NCBI GenBank assembly: GCA_965116535.1
Contig: OZ220703.1
Location: 1,153,545-1,217,544 of the forward strand
Direction: 5' to 3'
From: Acidimicrobiales bacterium
GTDB lineage: Bacteria; Actinomycetota; Acidimicrobiia; Acidimicrobiales; Bin134
DNA: 64,000 nucleotides
Both the position numbers and the translations under genes were made by a program. A model generated the notes under the pieces. It did no database searches, had not been told where the DNA came from, and was given only the letters and a program-made list of their open reading frames with translations. Below, in pieces: positions 48,781 through 55,360 of the stretch (within the stretch, counting starts at the first letter, position 1; every line of letters starts with the position of its first letter).

Positions 48781-48800
48781 GGTTTGTCAACAGGCCCTAG
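48781..48800 (+). repeat. 20-bp motif, copy 2
   Basis: GGTTTGTCAACAGGCCCTAG, 5 nt after the stop of the 73-aa gene. Followed by the related GGATTGTTGACCAG. Confidence 0.8.
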
Positions 48801-48990
48801 GGATTGTTGACCAGTTGGCGACGGATACCCGCTAACGCTGCTGCGTCAGGTCGCAAGAGGCCGACCCCGGCGAGCGCTTCGTCGAGGCCAGGTGGAGGTA
48901 GAAGCCTGGCGCGTGAACTGACTTGCCGGTTTCGTAGCGGAAGTGCATCGCAGCCTGGGTCTTGTGGGCGACTTGTCCTTACGAGAACTC
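48801..48990 (-). pseudogene. Degraded fragment A of a DUF2461-family paralogue
   Basis: The minus strand, read across three frames, gives RKDKSP / KTQAAMHFRYETGKSVHAPGFYLHLA / LDEALAGVGLLRPDAAALAGIRRQLVNN. This parallels SKDKSPYKTQAAVHFRHEAGKSAHAPGFYLHLAPDEVFAGVGLWRPDSAALAGIRQQIVDD in the intact gene at 54226-54915. Confidence 0.55.
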
Positions 48991-49009
48991 GGAGGTTGAT
49001 ATGGGCCGG

Positions 49010-49297
49010 TTAGAGCGCCACATCCAAGTCCATGTCGCCGATCATGGCCTCGAGCACTTGGCGGAATAGGTCGCGCTGTGACCAGCGGCAGAAACGTTGA
49101 CAGACCGAGTTTCACTTGCCATAGAGCTCGGGCAGTCCAAGCGAAGGGGCTCCGGTGCGGGCCATCCACAAAATGACCTCGACTGCCGTGCGGCGGTCTG
49201 ATGTGTAGGGGCGTCCGTGTTAGCCCGATTGGGCAGGGAGACGGGCGCTGATCTGTTCCTATTGTTCATCAGTAAGCTTCGTGCGGGACGTTTGCCC
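49010..49297 (-). pseudogene. IS5-family (DUF4096-type orfA) transposase remnant
   Basis: One minus-strand frame reads KLTDEQ*EQISARLPAQSG*HGRPYTSDRRTAVEVILWMARTGAPSLGLPELYGK*NSVCQRFCRWSQRDLFRQVLEAM. This is the N-terminal pattern of IS5/IS427-group transposases, with three in-frame stops. Confidence 0.6.
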
Positions 49298-49624
49298 CTC
49301 CTAGCGGATGTGCCCTTGTCTAGGTGAGGGACATCGATCTGATGTCCGAAACCATCATGAGCACGCTCGAAACTAGAAGTGGCGGATGCCCCATAAAATG
49401 CCTGGTTCCCGGTCTGCTCGGACACCGGGGACCAGGGCTAAGACTCAGATTCATCCAAGTCTGGACACCCTAGCCATAGCAGGTCCGCCACATCGCTGCT
49501 ACCGTTAAGCATGGCCTGCACTCCATTTTGGAGGAAGGTTCAGGGTTGCCGAGGCGGGAGGCCGGAAAGGCCCAAGGGCCGAGTTTCCTCCCGCCTCGGC
49601 CCCGCTATTTTAGGAGCAGCCCCC

Positions 49625-49716
49625 TGTGGACCGTAAGGAGGACAAGGGGGATTCCCTGTGCATTTGTGGATAATTTCCTGTGGAAAACCCCCTATCGACA
49701 AGCGGAGTTTGCCACA
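49625..49716. promoter_or_regulatory. Cluster of DnaA-box-like 9-mers
   Basis: TGTGGACCG (49625-49633), TGTGGATAA (49665-49673, a perfect complement of TTATCCACA), TGTGGAAAA (49679-49687, which fits TTWTNCACA) and TTTGCCACA (49708-49716). Confidence 0.3.
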
Positions 49717-49736
49717 GGTTTGTCAACAGCCCTTAG
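49717..49736 (+). repeat. 20-bp motif, copy 3
   Basis: GGTTTGTCAACAGCCCTTAG. The related GGATTGTCAACCGG lies 22 nt downstream. Confidence 0.75.
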
Positions 49737-49850
49737 CCCGATGACCTGGATTGTCAACCGGTCGCGCGAGAACGGCTCTGATGGGTCTCTGGAACCCCAC
49801 GGTGGAATGCCGAGCGCACCTCTGGTCCGCTTCATCGACCCCTAGTACAG
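49737..49850 (-). pseudogene. Degraded fragment B of a DUF2461-family paralogue
   Basis: The minus-strand frame GVDEADQRCARHSTVGFQRPIRAVLARPVDNPGHRAKG aligns by eye to PDEVFAGVGLWRPDSAALAGIRQQIVDDTQGWYRAV of the intact gene. Confidence 0.4.
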
Positions 49851-49933
49851 GCCTGCGGCCTATTTGTCACTCACGTCTGTTAGCGTGCGGCTACACGCCG
49901 TGAACAACAGCCTTACACGCTGTGTAGGAGAGG

Positions 49934-51961
49934 ATGGTAGGAATGGTCGATGCCCAGGAACCCGTAAGGAGTGCAGTTAACCGCACACTGAGCGAGGTAA
50001 GGGAAGCGCTACACAGAAGGGGCAGATTGTCTTCGCGCGACCAAGCCCTAGACGAAGTCGCGAAATTGATGTTCGCTGAAGTTATGGGGGCTATTCGCGG
50101 CAACGACGGCATTTCCCGGAAGGCAGTGCCAGGAGGTCCGCCTGCCGTAGCTCTGCGCCACTTCGTTCACGGTTCCTTTACCACGTATCTCCCTGATTCG
50201 TTGGCCCACGAGATGCAGGCTTCAGACTTCGATCTGACGCTGCGCGACAGCGAGGACGACCTCGCAGACGAGCTGATTGACATTTTTGACCGGTTTGGGC
50301 CGGCGATGGCGATCAAGGAGATGGGAAGGGCATTCGATGTTGATCTGCTGAACGAGGTCTTCGGCAAATTCATCGCCGATTCCTTCGTCAGCGAGAAGGA
50401 ATTAGGCCAATACCTCACGCCTCCCGAGGTTGTTGATCTGATGGTTGACGTCGCAATCGCTGAGCTCGGTGATTTCGGCCACCAGCTGAGAGATCCAGAC
50501 GCTTGCACTGACGTGGGCTTGATACTCGACCCTTCATGTGGCGTTGCGTCGTTTCTGTCGGCAATGGTCCGGAGACTTGACAATGAGGTCGCCGAGGGCC
50601 ACAGCGAAGCGGCTACCCGCCGGTGGATGTCAAATATGGTGAACCGGGTTCTCGTTGGTGTGGACAAGAGTGAGCGAATGATCCGGCTTGCGTTAACGAG
50701 TCTGGCGATGTTCGGCCTCCCTGCGGCTAATCTTCACCTCGCTAATGCTCTCGCTCTCGCCGGTCGAAGCGGAGATCTGATGAAAGGGTTTGAGGCAAGA
50801 GCTCGGCTGATCCTCACAAATCCGCCGTTCGGAGCAACGTTCTATGGGAACGATTTGCGAGGCTTCAAAATCGCCAACGGGTGGGCGACACGACCAGCCC
50901 AAGCAGTCGACTCTGAATTGCTCTTCATTGAGAGATACATCGACTGGCTGGCGCCAGGTGGCCATTGCCTGGCGATCGTGCCGGACTCGATTCTGACGAA
51001 CAAAGGCATCTACAGGGACCTTCGTCATGGGCTCGCCGACCTCGTTGAGATTCGAAACGTGATCTCGCTGCCACCCGTCACGTTCGGTGAGGCAGGGACG
51101 AACACAAAGACATCAGTCCTCCACATTCGGCGTATCGCTCCGGGAGACTCGGTTCGCTCACGGACGTATTTCGCAATCTGCGATGACATCGGATTCTCTG
51201 TCGCGACAAGAGGATCGCAGAGGACCAAACAGAGAACCGGCGAGGGTCAACTCCACCAAATTGCTGATGAAGTTGCGAGAGGAGCAGTTGTGAAGACTGG
51301 GCGATACGTCGACGCCGTCCAGTCAGCCGATCGGTGGGATGCAACGTTTCACGCGTCTCTTCCCGAGTGGGTTCGGGCAGGTTTGGCGGCGATCGGTGAT
51401 CGGGCCGTCCGGATCAGCGACGTCTCGCAGCTCATCGATACTCGCTCCAACCCTGGCCACTGGGACGTTGATTCATTCACCTACATTGAGATTTCTGATA
51501 TCGATTCAGCGACGCACCGGATTCGAGCGAAAGCAGTGGCAACCAGCGAAGCGCCAAGTCGTGCGCGCAAGCTCACCCAGTCGGGCGACGTACTCGTCTC
51601 AACCGTGCGTCCCGAACGTCGAACAATCGGCGTGGTTGATCAGCAGCTCGACGGGTCAATATGTACGACGGGGCTAGCCGTCCTGCGGCCACAAGGGATT
51701 CATTCGCTTCTGCTTGCGCGCATTCTGAGTTCGGACTTCGTGACTGCGCAGATCCTCCGCAACAACATCGGGATCGCCTATCCAGCCATCGACGAGGCGA
51801 GCCTGCTTGGGATTGTTCTGCCGCTGAAGTCCGATGACTGGGAGTCGCTTGGGCAGTATTCCGAAGAAGTCATGGCAGCCGAAGCGTCATTAGCAGATCT
51901 TAGGAGTCAGCTTGATACAGTGGTAGCGAAGGCGATGGAACGTTGGGAAACAGACCTCTAG
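49934..51961 (+). CDS. N6-adenine DNA methyltransferase fused to an HsdS-like target-recognition domain (M-S fusion)
   Basis: Motif I ILDPSCGVASFL and motif IV LILTNPPFG. The C-terminal ~230 aa resemble a single type I S-subunit TRD plus a conserved helix (VLVSTVRPERR, ICTTGLAVLRP, GIAYPAIDEASLLGIVLPL). The start may be the second ATG at 49943. Confidence 0.85.
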   Translation: MVGMVDAQEPVRSAVNRTLSEVREALHRRGRLSSRDQALDEVAKLMFAEVMGAIRGNDGISRKAVPGGPPAVALRHFVHGSFTTYLPDSLAHEMQASDFDLTLRDSEDDLADELIDIFDRFGPAMAIKEMGRAFDVDLLNEVFGKFIADSFVSEKELGQYLTPPEVVDLMVDVAIAELGDFGHQLRDPDACTDVGLILDPSCGVASFLSAMVRRLDNEVAEGHSEAATRRWMSNMVNRVLVGVDKSERMIRLALTSLAMFGLPAANLHLANALALAGRSGDLMKGFEARARLILTNPPFGATFYGNDLRGFKIANGWATRPAQAVDSELLFIERYIDWLAPGGHCLAIVPDSILTNKGIYRDLRHGLADLVEIRNVISLPPVTFGEAGTNTKTSVLHIRRIAPGDSVRSRTYFAICDDIGFSVATRGSQRTKQRTGEGQLHQIADEVARGAVVKTGRYVDAVQSADRWDATFHASLPEWVRAGLAAIGDRAVRISDVSQLIDTRSNPGHWDVDSFTYIEISDIDSATHRIRAKAVATSEAPSRARKLTQSGDVLVSTVRPERRTIGVVDQQLDGSICTTGLAVLRPQGIHSLLLARILSSDFVTAQILRNNIGIAYPAIDEASLLGIVLPLKSDDWESLGQYSEEVMAAEASLADLRSQLDTVVAKAMERWETDL

Positions 51962-52860
51962 GACAGGTCCCAAACATCCTGAATCGAGTCGAACCAGACC
52001 CCGGCCCCGATCTCGCACAGCGGATTCTGATTGACATGCTCTGGGTATTCGGATGAGCGAGGCAAGCCGTGGGATTGCTCATCGTCAGGAACTGAGCGCG
52101 CAAATCCGAAGTCATTGATATTACCCGTTCGAAGGAACAGACTCACAGCGAATATGTCCTGTGTCTCGAACTTGCAGCTGCTGGTCGGATAACGCTTTCC
52201 CAGGCTGTGAATTAGCCGCGCGTATCGGGTATTGGTTCCCCAAAGCGACTTGACTTCAATTTTACGAACGTCGGTCCCGCTGCGTACTTCAAAATCGAAG
52301 TCGTGGAATTGGCCGATATGCTTTGCGACGTCTTCCGGCATCCTCGTCACCGTATAGCCCTCTGACTCTAACCGCAGCGCCAATGTGCATTCGGTTAGGC
52401 CACTAAGGAACTTCGCGGCGGTACCATATTGATCGACTTCCAGGTAGTCATCGGTAGTCAGGTTCTTGACCGCTGCCTCCAGGTCACGTTTAGGGCCGCC
52501 GGTGTATATCTCGCCCTCAGCCTTTCCTGTGTCCGCATCAAGCGACAGGATGCGCCCCTTCGCCAGCTCCTGCCAGACGCCGCCGTCGACGTATGAGCGA
52601 GGGACGAATTTCCCGGTCATCCCCGGTACGACATAGCGACGGTTATCGGGGGTCAGGGCGATCTTGAAGCTCGCTCGGTAGTGGTTCTGTCCTGGATGCT
52701 TAAAGATGTGAGAATCCATGTCGTCGATCGCTATCAACGTGGGTCTCAGTACCTGAAGCATGGCTTCAGCTAACACTCCCCCGTATCTCTGTGAGATCGA
52801 GGCAAGAGTCTCTTCGGCACTCGGCACAGCTCCTCCATCATATAGTTGGCGCCCAGCCAC
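51958..52860 (-). CDS. Putative type II restriction endonuclease (PD-(D/E)xK)
   Basis: Convergent with the methyltransferase, overlapping it by 4 nt. FHDFDFEVRSGTDVRKIEVKSLWG fits D...ExK. GTG start at 52860; an internal ATG is the alternative. Confidence 0.55.
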   Translation of the reverse strand: MAGRQLYDGGAVPSAEETLASISQRYGGVLAEAMLQVLRPTLIAIDDMDSHIFKHPGQNHYRASFKIALTPDNRRYVVPGMTGKFVPRSYVDGGVWQELAKGRILSLDADTGKAEGEIYTGGPKRDLEAAVKNLTTDDYLEVDQYGTAAKFLSGLTECTLALRLESEGYTVTRMPEDVAKHIGQFHDFDFEVRSGTDVRKIEVKSLWGTNTRYARLIHSLGKRYPTSSCKFETQDIFAVSLFLRTGNINDFGFARSVPDDEQSHGLPRSSEYPEHVNQNPLCEIGAGVWFDSIQDVWDLS

Positions 52861-52951
52861 GTCCCGAGTTTCCCAGACAGACTGCTCATCGCGACGTAAG
52901 TCCGAAGATGGCCGGTCTACATTTCCGATGGAGGGGACTGGCGCAACTAGG

Positions 52952-54014
52952 TGTTCTGTCCATAGAGGTTGTTAGCTCGGGCGGGTAGTTCCTCTATGAG
53001 GTGAGCCTCCGGTGCCAGTGTGGTGGTTGCGAACTACCGCACGAGGCAAGGGAGGCTCGATGTCGCACGCTAATGCACGCCTGACCCCTTTGGGGAGGTT
53101 GTTGGTTGTCCAGCGGATCCAGGGCGGGATGCCCCAGGCCCATGTGGCCGCGCAGATGGGTTTGTCGCGGTCCACGGTGGCGAAGTGGTGGCACCGCTTC
53201 CAGGCCCACGGCGAGGCTGGTTTGGTGGACCGGTCGTCGAGGCCGCACCGGTCGCCGCGCCGCACCGACTCCAAGACTGAGGAGCGGGTGTGCCGGTTGC
53301 GGCGCGCCTCCCGGCTGGGGCCGGCGCGCATCGCGGCCCGGTTGGGGGTGCCGGCGTCCACGGTGCACCGGATCCTGGTGCGAAACGGGCTGAACCGGCT
53401 CAGCTGGCTGGACCGGCCCACCGGGAGGGTGATACGCCGCTACGAGCGGCCCGAGCCGGGCGATCTGGTCCATTTGGACGTCAAGAAGGCGGGCAAGATC
53501 CCGCCCGGCGGCGGGTGGAGGGCCCACGGGCGCGCCGACACGGCTTCTCGGGGGACCAAGCGCCGTCCCAGGGTGGGCTACAGCTACCTGCACGTCGCCG
53601 TAGACGACCACAGCCGCCTGGCCTACGTCGAGGCCCTCGACGACGAGACCGCCGAAACCCTGTGCGGGTTCTTCGAGCGGGCCCGCTGCTGGTTCCGCTC
53701 CATCGGGATCGCCGTCGACGAAGTCATCTCCGACAACGGGGCCAACTTCAGATCCCGCAAATTCGCCGCCCAGCTCGCCCGGCACGCCATAGCCCACACC
53801 TTCACCAGGCCGTACCGGCCCCAGACCAACGGCAAAGCAGAGCGCTTCAACCGCACCCTCGCAGACGAGTTCCTATACGCCTACAAGTTCAGATCAGAGC
53901 CCGACCGCCGGCGCCGACTCCAAACCTGGGTCCACCACTACAATCTCCACCGCCACCACACCGCCATCAACGGCACACCCGCATCACGCGTACACAACCT
54001 CTATGGGTCCTACA
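52952..54014 (+). mobile_element. IS481-family insertion sequence, copy 2 (1063 bp)
   Basis: Sequence identical to copy 1, in inverted orientation. Flanked by the 6-bp direct repeat ACTAGG at 52946-52951 and 54015-54020. Confidence 0.9.
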
Positions 54015-54019
54015 ACTAG
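53060..54019 (+). CDS. IS481-family transposase (HTH plus DDE/rve)
   Basis: The protein is identical to the copy 1 transposase. ATG 53060 follows a GGGAGG RBS. Confidence 0.9.
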   Translation: MSHANARLTPLGRLLVVQRIQGGMPQAHVAAQMGLSRSTVAKWWHRFQAHGEAGLVDRSSRPHRSPRRTDSKTEERVCRLRRASRLGPARIAARLGVPASTVHRILVRNGLNRLSWLDRPTGRVIRRYERPEPGDLVHLDVKKAGKIPPGGGWRAHGRADTASRGTKRRPRVGYSYLHVAVDDHSRLAYVEALDDETAETLCGFFERARCWFRSIGIAVDEVISDNGANFRSRKFAAQLARHAIAHTFTRPYRPQTNGKAERFNRTLADEFLYAYKFRSEPDRRRRLQTWVHHYNLHRHHTAINGTPASRVHNLYGSYN

Positions 54020-54225
54020 GAGTTGCGACCTCGATCTTGTGAAGCGGCCGGAGGTATGAGGCGTTTACTTCAGGACCAGTCTGTCACTCCTCACCAAGAA
54101 AGACTTCACCACGATGCTGGCCGCGCTTGTGGACTGCCTGTCAGCCCATCTGGAGTGCATTGCAGAAGTTCGAGGGAGGGCTTCGTCCGACCGCAGGAGC
54201 GGTGTAGACAGCGTTGGATGATGGA

Positions 54226-54915
54226 TCAGTACGGGAGGCCGACGGCTGTCGTCAGGAATTCCGTATATGGCGAGGCTTTGCGGCAGGCGTCGGCGAACGA
54301 TTCGATGAAGCCCTTGGCTGTGACCTCTTCTTGGGAGAACGGAACCGTGGCGACGTGATCTTTGCGCTTGAGGTCTTCGATGTTCGGGTGATCGGGATCA
54401 AATCCCTTTGGGGGTCGCTTCAGCGAGTCTCCGGTCAGCTCGAACGCTTCGGCGAACCCGGGGGCTTGAACAGCGCGGTACCAGCCTTGGGTATCGTCGA
54501 CGATCTGCTGACGGATTCCTGCCAACGCAGCTGAGTCCGGTCGCCACAGGCCGACTCCGGCGAACACCTCGTCGGGGGCCAGATGGAGGTAGAAGCCCGG
54601 TGCGTGGGCCGACTTGCCGGCCTCGTGGCGGAAGTGGACCGCGGCTTGGGTCTTGTAGGGGGACTTGTCCTTGGAGAAGCGGACGTCGCGATAGATCCGG
54701 AACATGGACCCGCCGTTGGCTCGGGCATCGGCAACGAAGTGCTTGCTGATCGAGTGCAGGTACGGCTCGAAGTCTTCGATGAAGTCCAGCAGAGGCTGCT
54801 TGACATGCCGCTCGTATCGCTCCTTGTGCTCTGCGAACCACCCTCGGTTGTTATTTGCCTGCAACTCAACGAGGAAGTCGAACAACTCGTTGTCGAAGTG
54901 GGATTGCATTGCCAC
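54226..54915 (-). CDS. DUF2461 (TIGR02453) family protein
   Basis: 229 aa. FDFLVELQANNNRGWFAEHKERYE and FRIYRDVRFSKDKSPYKT are the family hallmarks. Confidence 0.75.
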   Translation of the reverse strand: MAMQSHFDNELFDFLVELQANNNRGWFAEHKERYERHVKQPLLDFIEDFEPYLHSISKHFVADARANGGSMFRIYRDVRFSKDKSPYKTQAAVHFRHEAGKSAHAPGFYLHLAPDEVFAGVGLWRPDSAALAGIRQQIVDDTQGWYRAVQAPGFAEAFELTGDSLKRPPKGFDPDHPNIEDLKRKDHVATVPFSQEEVTAKGFIESFADACRKASPYTEFLTTAVGLPY

Positions 54916-54950
54916 GTTTCTAGACTTACCGAGGTTCCCCGTGCATGTTT

Positions 54951-55281
54951 TCAGGGGCGAACTTCGACGAATCCGGCGGCGGTAAAGTCGCCGTCGAATG
55001 CCAGGGCCTCAGTTATCCGCTCTCGTCGCATGATCTCGAAGCTGACCGCATCCACATAGGAGTAGGGCCGCTCATCGTGTCGGCGAACGTCACTGGAAGT
55101 AGATGACCGCGTCGATGTCGTCGATGGGGTCGATGTCAACAGAACCGATCAGGGCGTCGACTGGGTCAGGACACTCTGTGGAGGCATTGTTGAGATCGTT
55201 GTTCGCATGTGGCTGTATACGCCGCACAAAGGCAAGGTACACCACACTGTTGAGAGCAGAGCTAGACATTGGCGGTTTCAT
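54951..55281 (-). pseudogene. PIN-domain (VapC-like) toxin gene, frameshifted
   Basis: The C-terminal frame SYVDAVSFEIMRRERITEALAFDGDFTAAGF is PIN-like. The N-terminal part lies in another frame (ORF 55090..55281), with the frames joining near 55090. There is no room for an antitoxin upstream. Confidence 0.45.
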
Positions 55282-55360
55282 CTCCCCACTGGGTTCAACG
55301 CTGGAAGAACGCAGAAGAAAGTGGAGACGGTGGGGAAGGACGAATCGGTTTGTGGTGGCT

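Larger units (their letters stand above)
42753..55360. other. Putative genomic (defence / mobile-element) island
   Basis: By eye, G+C drops abruptly and becomes patchy after the LLM stop, then returns to host-like composition at the amidohydrolase stop (55361). The content is ATPase, HEPN, IS copies, R-M and pseudogene fragments. No integrase or tRNA was seen. Confidence 0.55.

Noticed and set aside
48485-49425. ORFs 48485-48790(-), 48804-49013(+), 48846-49169(-), 49042-49425(-) and 49528-49845(+) as genes
   Set aside because: They run across the DUF2461 fragments, the IS5 remnant and hairpin DNA in the wrong frames. The recognisable similarity is in other, interrupted frames.
49625-49716. 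The DnaA-box cluster as the chromosomal origin of replication
   Set aside because: There is no dnaA, dnaN or rpmH context and no AT-rich unwinding element, and the cluster lies inside obviously foreign, decayed DNA. It is kept only as a possible accessory origin or regulatory relic.
46492-54014. The two IS481 copies plus the 5.4 kb between them as one composite transposon
   Set aside because: Each copy carries its own matching 6-bp duplication (GCTAGT/GCTAGT and ACTAGG/ACTAGG). A composite element would have one duplication at its two outer ends only.
54023-54358. 111-aa plus-strand ORF right of IS copy 2
   Set aside because: It overlaps the 3' end of the well-supported DUF2461 gene on the other strand and has no motifs. 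A short alternative frame (54060-54213, ...LLTKKDFTTMLAALVDCLSAHLECIAEV...) looks slightly protein-like but is too short to support.
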